Source: Bacteriovoracaceae bacterium
Lineage (GTDB): Bacteria; Bdellovibrionota; Bacteriovoracia; Bacteriovoracales; Bacteriovoracaceae
Assembly (NCBI GenBank): GCA_024711325.1
Contig: JANJTC010000005.1
Coordinates: 1,204,172-1,268,171, forward strand
Reading direction: 5' to 3'
DNA length: 64,000 nucleotides
Shown: one piece after another, positions 28,061 to 37,226 of the stretch
How the letters are laid out: each line of letters starts with the position of its first letter
Numbering within the stretch: the stretch's first letter is position 1
The notes under the pieces: model-generated
Told to the model about the DNA's origin: nothing
The model's input: the letters and a program-made list of their open reading frames with translations, nothing else
The model's database searches: none
Made by a program: the position numbers and the translations under genes

Positions 28061-28777
28061 ATGAAAAAAATATTTATCACGGGATCCACCACCGGCCTGG
28101 GGCTTCTTGCCGGTCAAATGCTTTTGAAGCAAGGACATGAGGTTGTTCTACACGCTAGAAACAAAAAATCTGCAATGAAAGAAAATGTTCCCTATGTTAT
28201 CGGAGATTTTTCAAGGCCAGATGAAGTGAAATCCGTCGCGGAAGAGGCCTCTGCCCATGGACCTTTTGATGTCATCATCCATAATGCAGGAGTATTTACA
28301 GCAAGTTCGGAAGAACTCTTTGCCATAAACGTTCTCGCCCCCTATGTTCTTTGTTGTCTCGTGAAACAACCCAAGCGCATGGTCTTCATGAGTTCGGGAA
28401 TGCATCTGAGCGGAACGTTGAACCTGGATAATCGTAACTGTTCCTATAGCGACACAAAACTTTTCGATCTCATGCTGGCCAAATGGTTTTCCCGTCTGAG
28501 GCCTGAAACATACAGCAACGCAGTTGATCCGGGATGGGTGCCAACCCGGATGGGTGGAGCGGGAGCGACGGATGATTTAATTAAAGGAGCTGAAACACAA
28601 GTTTGGCTATCCGTAAGCAATGAACCCGCAGCACTTGTAAGCGGAAAATATTTTCATCATCTTGAACAAAGAATATCAAACCCACTAGCTGACTCACTCA
28701 AGGCCCAAGCAAGTCTTATTTCGTATTTAGAACAAGTCTCTGGTTTGAGTATTGCTAACCGTGACCTGAACTCATGA
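28061..28777 (+). CDS. short-chain dehydrogenase/reductase
   Basis: ITGSTTGLGLLAG (TGxxxGxG) and YSDTK (YxxxK). The start was set to the ATG at 28061 (MKKIFITG). Confidence 0.85.
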   Translation: MKKIFITGSTTGLGLLAGQMLLKQGHEVVLHARNKKSAMKENVPYVIGDFSRPDEVKSVAEEASAHGPFDVIIHNAGVFTASSEELFAINVLAPYVLCCLVKQPKRMVFMSSGMHLSGTLNLDNRNCSYSDTKLFDLMLAKWFSRLRPETYSNAVDPGWVPTRMGGAGATDDLIKGAETQVWLSVSNEPAALVSGKYFHHLEQRISNPLADSLKAQASLISYLEQVSGLSIANRDLNS

Positions 28778-29849
28778 AGACTTCATCGTAATTGATGAAT
28801 TTTTGGGAGGCACCTAAAGAGAGGAAGTAATCTTCGGCCAATTTCATACAATCCTTCAGATCCTGGGAACCAAAGATCTGAGAACGAAAGGCCGCCGCAT
28901 GCGGAAAACCTGCCGCAAACCACACCACTAATTTTCGGAGCTGAACCAGAACAGTTCTTTCTTCTTTAAAAGTTTCTGTACAATAATGATGAAGGCGTTC
29001 CACCACTTCCCAATAGTCGCTCCCCAAAAAGACAGAACGTTTTTGAGAGGCGTATTCAGGATCCAGTGATTCCAGGAAAATAAAAGGATTTCGGAGGGCC
29101 CCACGGGCAATCATCAAAGCATCACAACCTGTTTTTTGAAGCCGGGAAGAAACACCATAAGGATGGTGGAGGTCTCCATTCCCGATAAGAGGAAGCTTTT
29201 TATCTTCATTTAAAGACTCAATAAAATCCCAGTTAGCAAAACCCGTGTACTGCTGAGTCCGGGTTCGGCCATGAATGGCGACCCATTCAATGCCTGAGTT
29301 AGAAGCAATATTTATGATCTCTTTGGCGTTCAGAGAATTAGCATCCCAACCCGTGCGAATTTTAATGGATAAAGGTGTTTTCATCTTCGAGCGCATTTTC
29401 TCAAAGAGAGGAGCGAGCTTTTCAACTTCTTTCATCATCGCCGAGCCGCCACCCTTACTCACAACTTTTGTCACTGGACAGCCCATGTTGATATCTAAAA
29501 ACTTTGGTCCGTAACTTTCCGCCACTTCAGCTGCGCGGGCCATGGATTCAGCATCCTCACCAAAGAGTTGAATGCCGACATTCTTCTCTTGAGGATGAAT
29601 TTTAAGCATCTCAAGGGTGCGCTCATTCCCGTAATTAATTCCGTGACAGGAAATGAGTTCAGAAACTGTTCCACCGGCACCTAAATCTTCCATCAAGACC
29701 CGGTAAGGGATATTACAAATTCCGGCCATGGGGGCCAAAAGGAGTTTGGAAGAAAAATCAATCTGTCCCAACTTAATAGGTGAGGCATGAGAGCGGAAGC
29801 TCTCGATCTTTTGAGAAAGTTCGGGACTAAAAGGGCGTGGATGATTCAT
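28755..29849 (-). CDS. tRNA-dihydrouridine synthase
   Basis: LLLAPMAGICNIPYRVL, DINMGCP and AIHGRTR blocks of the Dus family. The start was set to the ATG at 29849 (MNHPRPF). Confidence 0.85.
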   Translation of the reverse strand: MNHPRPFSPELSQKIESFRSHASPIKLGQIDFSSKLLLAPMAGICNIPYRVLMEDLGAGGTVSELISCHGINYGNERTLEMLKIHPQEKNVGIQLFGEDAESMARAAEVAESYGPKFLDINMGCPVTKVVSKGGGSAMMKEVEKLAPLFEKMRSKMKTPLSIKIRTGWDANSLNAKEIINIASNSGIEWVAIHGRTRTQQYTGFANWDFIESLNEDKKLPLIGNGDLHHPYGVSSRLQKTGCDALMIARGALRNPFIFLESLDPEYASQKRSVFLGSDYWEVVERLHHYCTETFKEERTVLVQLRKLVVWFAAGFPHAAAFRSQIFGSQDLKDCMKLAEDYFLSLGASQKFINYDEVFMSSGHG

Positions 29850-29919
29850 AGCAAGGTCAGTTGTATAGGGAGCTTTAGTAGTTGTAAATATGGAGTCATC
29901 ACTACTAAAATCTTTTCTT

Positions 29920-30390
29920 ATGAAACACATCATTTTTGACTGCGATGGTACCCTGATTGATACCAGTGGCCCCAAATTTCAGCTCTTTCCCGGCATTTCT
30001 GAGCTCGTTCAGGAACTTGCCCCCCATTGTTTACTCTACGTCTGGACTGCCCGAGGAAGATCGTCAACACTGCGCATTTTAGAGGAGTTAGGTATTTATT
30101 CCTATTTTGATAGTTTTTCTACCGTGGATGATTCCTTCCCTAAACCCCATATCGCGGGTTTAATTGACCTGGTCGGGAAAGCTTCCAAAGAATCCATCTG
30201 TATCATTGGGGACAGCTCCAATGACATGCTTGGAGCAAAGAATTTTGGTGTCCTGGCCATTGGTGCAATGTGGAATAAAGACTCTCGTTTTGAATTCTTG
30301 AAAGAAAGTGGGGCCGATTTCCTAGTGTCTCATCCTTCTGAATGTAGTAAACTCATCGAGCTTAATCTTAAGGGAGAGACCCATGTTTGA
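29920..30390 (+). CDS. HAD-superfamily phosphatase
   Basis: Motif I IIFDCDGTLIDT and a late GDSSNDMLGA motif. The start was set to the ATG at 29920. Confidence 0.75.
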   Translation: MKHIIFDCDGTLIDTSGPKFQLFPGISELVQELAPHCLLYVWTARGRSSTLRILEELGIYSYFDSFSTVDDSFPKPHIAGLIDLVGKASKESICIIGDSSNDMLGAKNFGVLAIGAMWNKDSRFEFLKESGADFLVSHPSECSKLIELNLKGETHV

Positions 30391-31828
30391 TAATCTAAGT
30401 GAAAAGTTTTCGGATGCGTTTAGATCGCTCCGTGGAAAAAATAAAATCTCTGAGGAGAATATTGAAGAAACCCTCAAAGGTGTGAAAACTGCACTCTTAG
30501 AGGCCGATGTTAACTTCAAAGTCGTCAAAGAGTTTGTTGAAAAAGTAAAAATTGAGGCGATGGGAGAGAAAGTTCTCCGTGGTGTTGAGCCAGGCCAGCA
30601 GTTTGTAAAAATCATGCACGATGAGCTCGCCCGACTGATGGGTGGTGAAAACTCGGAACTCAATTTAAAGCGTCCCCCGGTTATGCCGATCCTGATTGTG
30701 GGTCTCAATGGTGCCGGTAAAACGACTTTTGCCGGGAAGCTTGCTCTGTATCTGCGAAATAAAAATAAAAAAGACGTTTATCTTATTCCGGCCGATAACT
30801 TCCGACCGGCAGCTAAAGATCAGCTCATCACCCACGCTAAAAATTTAGGTGTGGATTATTTTGATTCTGATTTATCCATGAGGCCGGTGGATATTGTCCG
30901 CGCTGGTCTTGAACAAGCAAAAAAACTGCATAAAGAAATCGCAATTATCGATACGGCCGGACGATTGCAAGTAGATGAAGAACTCATGAGTCAGCTCGTG
31001 GATGTTCGTAAATCCCTGGATAATCCGGAAGTTCTGATGGTGGCCGATGCCATGACCGGACAGGAAGCGGTGAATGTTTCCAAAGTCTTCCATGAAAAAG
31101 TTGGGCTGACTGGAATTGTGCTCTCAAAAATGGACTCTGATGCCCGAGGTGGTGCGGCCCTTTCCATTCGTTATGTAACGGGTGTGCCAATCAAGTTCAT
31201 CTCGGTTGGTGAAAAGATGAAGGATCTGGATGCCTTCCATCCGGATCGTCTGGCCAAGCGTATTCTTGATATGGGTGACGTTTTATCCTTAGTTGAAAAA
31301 GCTGAAGAGGCAATCAATCAAGATGAAGCTATGGGCATGATGGCCAACCTTGAAAAAGGCAAATTCACTATAAATGATTTTGTGAAACAAATGGAAACCA
31401 TTAACCGTCTGGGTTCTTTTGGATCCATTCTTAAAATGATTCCAGGTATGGGAAGTGCTCTTCGTCAGATGGGGGATCTTTCTCCGGCCGAAAATGAAAT
31501 GAAAAAAATGCGGGTCTTAATCAACTCCATGACCAAAAAAGAGCGTGAGGATGTGGATTTAATCGACGCTTCTCGCAGAAAGCGCATTGCTGCCGGTGCC
31601 GGGCGAACGGTTCAGGATGTGAACCAATTCATTGAACGCTTTGGGCAGATGCGTCAAATGATGGTGGGTATGATGGGTATGATGAAGGGCGGCGGACTGC
31701 CGAATATCCCTGGAATGGGGCCAGTTAAGGGCTTTAGACAGGCCTCTCAGACTCAAAACCAGAAAATGCTGGGCCAGCAACCGAAGAAGACTGATAAGAA
31801 AGGCCAATTCGGTAAGAAGTATTTCTAA
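30383..31828 (+). CDS. ffh: signal recognition particle protein Ffh
   Basis: MFDNLSEKFSDAFRSLRG N-terminus, GLNGAGKTT, DTAGR, and a Met-rich M domain (MMVGMMGMMKGG). Confidence 0.95.
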   Translation: MFDNLSEKFSDAFRSLRGKNKISEENIEETLKGVKTALLEADVNFKVVKEFVEKVKIEAMGEKVLRGVEPGQQFVKIMHDELARLMGGENSELNLKRPPVMPILIVGLNGAGKTTFAGKLALYLRNKNKKDVYLIPADNFRPAAKDQLITHAKNLGVDYFDSDLSMRPVDIVRAGLEQAKKLHKEIAIIDTAGRLQVDEELMSQLVDVRKSLDNPEVLMVADAMTGQEAVNVSKVFHEKVGLTGIVLSKMDSDARGGAALSIRYVTGVPIKFISVGEKMKDLDAFHPDRLAKRILDMGDVLSLVEKAEEAINQDEAMGMMANLEKGKFTINDFVKQMETINRLGSFGSILKMIPGMGSALRQMGDLSPAENEMKKMRVLINSMTKKEREDVDLIDASRRKRIAAGAGRTVQDVNQFIERFGQMRQMMVGMMGMMKGGGLPNIPGMGPVKGFRQASQTQNQKMLGQQPKKTDKKGQFGKKYF

Positions 31829-31847
31829 GTACTTCCGGGCAAAGCTT

Positions 31848-31876
31848 TTGACTTTGCCCTTAGCATGATCTATAAA
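31848..31876 (+). promoter_or_regulatory. candidate sigma-70 promoter for rpsP
   Basis: ttgact, a 17-nt spacer, then tataaa, ending about 40 nt before the rpsP ATG. The -35 lies inside the hairpin gggcaaag/ctttgccc (31837-31859) that follows ffh. Confidence 0.4.
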
Positions 31877-31916
31877 ATTTAAAAAATTTGTATGCGAATC
31901 TATAGGAGATTTCCAA

Positions 31917-32159
31917 ATGGTAAAAATTAGAATGGCCCGTGGTGGTCGCAAAAACCGTCCTGTTTACACGATCGTTGCTATTAATTCACGTAGCCCTCGT
32001 GATGGCCAATTCCTTGAAAAATTAGGTCAATACGATCCAAAAGCTACAGAAGTTCTTAAGACTGTTAATGTTGAAGGCATAAAGACTTGGATTGGCAAGG
32101 GTGCTCAACTTTCTGACACTGTAAGATCTTTGCTTAAAAACAACAATATTAAGTTATAA
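31917..32159 (+). CDS. rpsP: 30S ribosomal protein S16
   Basis: MVKIRMARGGRKNRPVYTIV N-terminus. Confidence 0.95.
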   Translation: MVKIRMARGGRKNRPVYTIVAINSRSPRDGQFLEKLGQYDPKATEVLKTVNVEGIKTWIGKGAQLSDTVRSLLKNNNIKL

Positions 32160-32210
32160 TGTTGTTAACCCCGTGCTCATAACGGGGGGTAAACCTTTCA
32201 AGTAGGTACT

Positions 32211-32453
32211 ATGAGCAGCGAATTAAAGACCCTGATCGAGTTCGTTTCTAAAGCACTTGTGGATATGCCCGATCGAGTTGAAGTAAACGAGATTGAAGGC
32301 GAACAGACCACAGTTATTGAGCTGAAGGTAGATAAGTCTGACCTCGGTAAAGTAATTGGTAAGCAAGGTCGAACTGCAAGAGCTCTCAGAACCATCCTTA
32401 ATGCGGCCTCAACCAAATTAAGAAAAAGATCGGTTCTCGAAATCATCGAGTAA
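32211..32453 (+). CDS. KH-domain RNA-binding protein (YlqC-like)
   Basis: 80 aa with the [18 protein letters not shown] GxxG loop. It has the conserved position between rpsP and rimM. Confidence 0.85.
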   Translation: MSSELKTLIEFVSKALVDMPDRVEVNEIEGEQTTVIELKVDKSDLGKVIGKQGRTARALRTILNAASTKLRKRSVLEIIE

Positions 32454-32479
32454 TTCGTATTATTACTTCAAATTCTTGT

Positions 32480-32526
32480 AACCCCGACTATGGCCTTTTC
32501 GGCTTTAGTTGGGGTTTATTTATTTT
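32480..32526 (+). terminator. strong hairpin with a T-rich tail between the KH gene and rimM (attenuator or processing site?)
   Basis: aaccccgact ... agttggggtt arms (one mismatch) around an inner gcc/ggc stem, then ttatttatttt, which runs into the rimM ATG. Confidence 0.5.
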
Positions 32527-33063
32527 ATGAATAAAGACGAACTCATTAAATTGGCCTTTGTTGCACACCCTCATGGAATCAAGGGGGAAGCGGAACTGCG
32601 CCTGATCAATCCTAATCCCGATGAATCGATTTTAGATGATGACATGAAGGTGTGGTTATACCCATCATCACCTAAGTCTAAAATTAAACCTGAAGGTGAA
32701 GAATGGAACATTCAGAAGCTACGCTTTGGAAACAAGGTCATCTGCCAGTTTGAAGGCATTAAAGACCGCACTCATCTTGAGACGCTAATCCCGTTTGAAA
32801 TTTATCTGAAGAGGGAAGCATTTCCAGAGCCGGAAGGTGATCAGGTCTACCTGGTTGATCTGATTGGTATGGATGTGGTGAATGAAGAGGACGCGCTCGT
32901 AGGTAAAATTGAAAGTTTTTCTGATAATGGTATGCAGTACCTTTTGGACATTGTGCTTTCAAGTGGGGAAAAGTTGACTCTGCCTTATGTGGATGCATTT
33001 TTTCCTGAAATCGATTTAGAAAACAGAAAAATCACAGTCATCATGCCGGAGTATACGGAGTGA
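32527..33063 (+). CDS. rimM: 16S rRNA processing protein RimM
   Basis: VAHPHGIKGE block and a PRC-barrel C-terminus. The start was set to the ATG at 32527 (the track TTG at 32509 lies inside the hairpin). Confidence 0.85.
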   Translation: MNKDELIKLAFVAHPHGIKGEAELRLINPNPDESILDDDMKVWLYPSSPKSKIKPEGEEWNIQKLRFGNKVICQFEGIKDRTHLETLIPFEIYLKREAFPEPEGDQVYLVDLIGMDVVNEEDALVGKIESFSDNGMQYLLDIVLSSGEKLTLPYVDAFFPEIDLENRKITVIMPEYTE

Positions 33064-33794
33064 ATAAAAAAATCTGGATACTCACACTTTTTCCAGAATA
33101 TTTTAAACCTCTCCTTGAATGTGGCATCTCTGGACAGGCCTTCCGGGGCGAGCGCAGTGAATCTGTAAAATTTGAAATAAACTTCGTTAATATTCGCGAT
33201 TACTCCACCACCAAGTACCGTAGTGTCGATGATTCTCCCTTCGGAGGAGGTCCTGGCATGGTGATGAGGGCCGACATTCTTCGGGACGCCCTAATTAAAG
33301 GGGTAGTGGATACCGGAGCTTATAATGGTCTGGATAAACTCCATGTGATTTATACTTCTCCTCGGGGGAGAGTCTGGAATAATAAAGTTGCCCGTGAGTT
33401 TGGAACAGAAGTTCTCTCTCATCCGGAAAAAGATATTGTTTTTATCTGCGGCCGTTATGAAGGTGTGGATGAGCGCTTTCTTCTCAAGTATGTGAATGAG
33501 TTTTATTCTGTCGGAGACTTTGTCTTAACCGGTGGGGAATTAGCGGTCATGACGATGCTGGATTCAGCGGTAAGGTTTGTTCCGGGAATTTTGGGTAATA
33601 AATTGTCTTCTGAGTATGATTCGTTTGAAGACGGTATGATTGAGTATCCTCAGTACACTAAGCCCCAGGAGTTTGAAGGCATGCCAGTGCCGGAAGTGCT
33701 TTTAAGCGGTCATCATAAAAAGATTGAAGAGTGGCAAAAAGAGCAGAAAAAGCTCATGACTAAAAAATTGCGGCCGGATTTACTCCCTAAATAA
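33060..33794 (+). CDS. trmD: tRNA (guanine37-N1)-methyltransferase
   Basis: TLFPEYF, FGGGPGMVM, ICGRYEGVDER and VLTGGELAVM blocks. Its GTG start overlaps the rimM stop. Confidence 0.93.
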   Translation: MNKKIWILTLFPEYFKPLLECGISGQAFRGERSESVKFEINFVNIRDYSTTKYRSVDDSPFGGGPGMVMRADILRDALIKGVVDTGAYNGLDKLHVIYTSPRGRVWNNKVAREFGTEVLSHPEKDIVFICGRYEGVDERFLLKYVNEFYSVGDFVLTGGELAVMTMLDSAVRFVPGILGNKLSSEYDSFEDGMIEYPQYTKPQEFEGMPVPEVLLSGHHKKIEEWQKEQKKLMTKKLRPDLLPK

Positions 33795-33834
33795 TTGCTG
33801 CACTATTGCTTTCAACGTCCGCACCGAAAAATTC

Positions 33835-34917
33835 TTAGCTCTTTTTTAATTTGCCCAAGGCCGTTCGTTCAAAATTTGAAACGATTCGGACCTCATCGAT
33901 TTTTACTGGATGAATGAGTGAAGAGATCTCTCTGGAGAAGCATTCTGTCTCGGGCAGAGTAAGAAGCAGAAGTTTTTTGCCTTTGCGTTCATCATCTTCC
34001 AAAGAAAATTCCATCTTCCCATAAGCCGTTTTTTCCACCAAAAAAGAACCGAGTGTGTTTTTTAATTGGTTCATATTTACCAGATGGCCTGCGATTTTAA
34101 ATTCATCACCCAGACGCCCTAAATGGTGAAGGGTCTTGCCTGAAATCAGCGCTCGATCTGATGTGCGATAAAAACCGGCATCATCACATAACTCACTTCT
34201 TTGGGTGACTTTGACCTGATCGTTATATAATTCAAACTGCAAAGTGAAGAGGGCCGGGCCTTTAACTAAGAGTCTTTGATCCGTATCCGTCTTAACTTCG
34301 TGAATCGGCATAATGGAAAGGTCATCGGATTCAGGTTTCGTCGCCGAGGCCAGTTGAGAGCAAACTTCACTCATGCCAAAGGTACGGATCACAGGCCAGC
34401 CTAAAGTCAGCGCTTCACTTTTTAGTTTTGAATTAAGGAGGTCTCCACCCACTACAATGTATTTTAAATTTGCCGGTGCTCTGATTCCTCGTTGTACTAA
34501 GTCATATAATTGAGTGGGAACGATGGTGGTAATGGTAGCGTCTTCAATTTTTTTTATCCAGTCCAAAGGTTCCCAATGACGGGCATCCAGGAGTTTGTTC
34601 ACAAGGAGGTGGGCCCGGGCCACCACCGACAGACCTCCGATGTGATACACCGGTAAAGAAAGGGCCCAGACATCATGTGCCGTTAAGTGAAAATGCTCAT
34701 TAACAGCTCTGGCATTAGTAAATAAGGCCTCGCGGGAAATGGCATAACCTTTTAAGTGGCCTCCGGTAGTGCCGGAAGAAAAAAGAATGAAGTGATTTTT
34801 TAAGGAGTAGGGTTTTAGGCCTTCCAGGATTTTAGGAACCAGCTCCTGATACTGAGGATGGCAAATAACCTGAGGATCTGTCTGATTGAAATCTATATCG
34901 AGCATAAGAGTTTCCAT
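33835..34917 (-). CDS. menE: o-succinylbenzoate-CoA ligase (compact AMP-binding enzyme)
   Basis: SSGTTGGHLKG adenylation motif, and its position in the men operon. Confidence 0.7.
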   Translation of the reverse strand: METLMLDIDFNQTDPQVICHPQYQELVPKILEGLKPYSLKNHFILFSSGTTGGHLKGYAISREALFTNARAVNEHFHLTAHDVWALSLPVYHIGGLSVVARAHLLVNKLLDARHWEPLDWIKKIEDATITTIVPTQLYDLVQRGIRAPANLKYIVVGGDLLNSKLKSEALTLGWPVIRTFGMSEVCSQLASATKPESDDLSIMPIHEVKTDTDQRLLVKGPALFTLQFELYNDQVKVTQRSELCDDAGFYRTSDRALISGKTLHHLGRLGDEFKIAGHLVNMNQLKNTLGSFLVEKTAYGKMEFSLEDDERKGKKLLLLTLPETECFSREISSLIHPVKIDEVRIVSNFERTALGKLKKS

Positions 34918-35741
34918 TTAAGATCTGAAACTTCCCGATAGAGCTTCTGAACTTTTTGGGTGTCGGCAATAAAACCATCCTGATAATTACCTTCAAAAAA
35001 GTTTTTTTCTTCCTGAAAGTAACCGGGGGTATGAATTCCATGCTCAAAGGTGAGATCTCCCGTTTCCACCACTTCACAATAAGCATGCCAGCGCCCCAGA
35101 TCGTGGCCTAAGTACGAGCTGTAAATGATCTTCGCTTCAGTTTCTGGTTTAAATTCACAATTTGCTTTATAGATGGCGTAATCAAAAGGAGTACCGTTAA
35201 TAAAGTCTTTAGCACTCTTAAGAGTGAGTCCACTCCAGTCCTTATCCATCAAAGGATCTTCCATGTAGTGAATCTGAGAAAGATATTTTTCTGGGATGTC
35301 TTTGACAAAATAATCGTATTCGGAGCGGTTAAATAAAGCATTGGCATCAAGCCTGACAAACTTTCCTTGCTCCAGTGGGATCATGAAAGTCCGGTCCTCT
35401 TTATGCAGTAATTTATATTTTATAGTTTTAGCTAACAAGGGATCAAGGCCGGTCCAGAGCTGGTGGTTAAAAAACTTCTTAGGTTTTAACCAATAAAGAA
35501 GATGATCCCGCAGTAGGAAATCAAAAACCTTTTTATCATAAACTTCTTTCTGGAATTTAAACTCATCCAGAAACTGCTCACAGCTTCGGTCATTAAAAGC
35601 GATATGGGGAAAATAATCGGCAAAAGTAGTTTTATTGCCTAGAACACCTTTTAACAGCACACCACTTTTGGAGTCCATAGAACTCAAACGATTGGCCCTT
35701 TTAAGGGGAGTCAGTTGATAGGGACTATAGAAGACTTTCAT
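34893..35741 (-). CDS. menC: o-succinylbenzoate synthase-like (enolase superfamily)
   Basis: VRLDANALF metal-ligand block and operon context. The assignment is weaker than for its neighbours. Confidence 0.55.
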   Translation of the reverse strand: MKVFYSPYQLTPLKRANRLSSMDSKSGVLLKGVLGNKTTFADYFPHIAFNDRSCEQFLDEFKFQKEVYDKKVFDFLLRDHLLYWLKPKKFFNHQLWTGLDPLLAKTIKYKLLHKEDRTFMIPLEQGKFVRLDANALFNRSEYDYFVKDIPEKYLSQIHYMEDPLMDKDWSGLTLKSAKDFINGTPFDYAIYKANCEFKPETEAKIIYSSYLGHDLGRWHAYCEVVETGDLTFEHGIHTPGYFQEEKNFFEGNYQDGFIADTQKVQKLYREVSDLKWKLLCSI

Positions 35742-36591
35742 AGATAAAGGCGAAGCTCAGTAAGAGTGAGAAGATAATCAGATGGATACCTGAAAACTTC
35801 AGACCTTCATTGAGCAGGGCCCCTTTATTTTTAAAGGTAATCTTAGTGAGCTTGATCGCTGGAAGGATCGCGAGGATTACCCAACCGATCATGCTTAAAT
35901 CTTTAAAGTAATAGAGAAGTAAGTAAGGAGTAAAGATAGTAGCGAGGATCAGATACTGATAAGACCTCACGCTAAATCTGGTGGCCAGAGTTCTTTTACC
36001 GACTTCTAAATCTGTTTCCCGGTCTCGTAAATTATTTATACCAATGAAAGTTGTGGCCAGAAGCCCGAAGATTGAGGCCAGAATAAATGAACCCAGGTTG
36101 AGCTTGAGGGAAAATAAATAATAGGAACCCATGACAGAGAAGAGCCCGAAGAAGAGGAAAACAAAGAGCTCACCTAAACCGCGATAGGCCAGAGAAACTT
36201 TTCCACCGGTATAACCATAAGTCAGATAAAGAGAGACGAGACCCAATATTAAAAAGGGCACTCCACCTCGGATGATGAGAGGGATTCCACACAAAGCGGC
36301 CAGCGAAACACATATGATCGCCCAACTCTTCACTGTTTTAATATCAACTAAACCCGCGGCCGAAACCCGAGTCGGACCAACGCGTTTTTTGTCGGCCCCT
36401 TTTTCATGGTCAATCACATCATTAAAAAAGTTTGTGGCAATCTGGATAAAGAGCGCTCCCAGGACGGCCAGCACTAAATAAGGTGCGGCCCCGGATCTGG
36501 CGGTTGATAAAAAATAGGCGTAGGCCACCATCGGAGGGATCACTCCGGCGAGAAGTGTTTTCGGGCGAGCTGCCAGAATGAAGTTTTTCAT
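35725..36591 (-). CDS. menA: 1,4-dihydroxy-2-naphthoate polyprenyltransferase
   Basis: UbiA-family motif NFFNDVIDHEKGAD and about 8 TM helices. Confidence 0.85.
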   Translation of the reverse strand: MKNFILAARPKTLLAGVIPPMVAYAYFLSTARSGAAPYLVLAVLGALFIQIATNFFNDVIDHEKGADKKRVGPTRVSAAGLVDIKTVKSWAIICVSLAALCGIPLIIRGGVPFLILGLVSLYLTYGYTGGKVSLAYRGLGELFVFLFFGLFSVMGSYYLFSLKLNLGSFILASIFGLLATTFIGINNLRDRETDLEVGKRTLATRFSVRSYQYLILATIFTPYLLLYYFKDLSMIGWVILAILPAIKLTKITFKNKGALLNEGLKFSGIHLIIFSLLLSFAFIYESLL

Positions 36592-37226
36592 AATATGCCT
36601 TCGTCAGTTAAAAGCTTAGTGAGCTCCACAGAGTTTTGGAATAAGCGGTGCCCACCTGGAATACCCTTCACGCGAATTTGATGAGGCATGATGTATTCAG
36701 TGGCCACTTCCATATATTTTTCATCAAACAGACCCACAATCCATAAGACTTTATCTTTGTTTTGAATAAGCTCAGGCAGATGATTGTTTTGCTTTGAGAG
36801 GCGATAGCGTTCAAAAAGCTCAGGTGATTTTTTAAAACGATCTTCTGGTATATCCTTTAAAGGAGCATCATGAAAGAAGATGGGGTAGTCATTCCAGTAC
36901 TCAAGGAATTCTTCCTGGGTCTTTGTCACAAATTCTTTCAAGACACTTAGTTCAAAGTTTGCACGAAGATTTTTTTCCTCTTCCGTTTCAAGGCCTGGAT
37001 GAGTGTTGATCAAAACGATTTTTTTAAATTGATATCCAGCTGCGTGAGCAATCTCCATCGCAATTCTTCCCCCCATGGAGTATCCGATGAGAGTGTCCTC
37101 CCGACCAATCGTAGGGAAGGTTTCCATTTCATAAAGGTCATGCAAGATGACGTCATCTCTTTTTAAATAGGAAAAGTCCTGGGGTGAGCCAAGAAAACCG
37201 TGGAATATGTGTATCATCGTACCCAC
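36588..37226 (-). CDS. menH: alpha/beta hydrolase, probable SHCHC synthase
   Basis: GYSMGG nucleophile elbow, and its position between menD and menA. Confidence 0.6.
   Translation of the reverse strand: MGTMIHIFHGFLGSPQDFSYLKRDDVILHDLYEMETFPTIGREDTLIGYSMGGRIAMEIAHAAGYQFKKIVLINTHPGLETEEEKNLRANFELSVLKEFVTKTQEEFLEYWNDYPIFFHDAPLKDIPEDRFKKSPELFERYRLSKQNNHLPELIQNKDKVLWIVGLFDEKYMEVATEYIMPHQIRVKGIPGGHRLFQNSVELTKLLTDEGIL

Noticed and set aside
31559-31951. 130-aa minus-strand ORF spanning the ffh end and the rpsP start.
   Set aside because: It is antisense to two unambiguous conserved genes and to the intervening promoter.
32169-32187. The hairpin ccccgt/acgggg after rpsP as a terminator.
   Set aside because: No T-tract follows, and the downstream KH gene needs read-through. 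At most it is a stabilising or processing structure.
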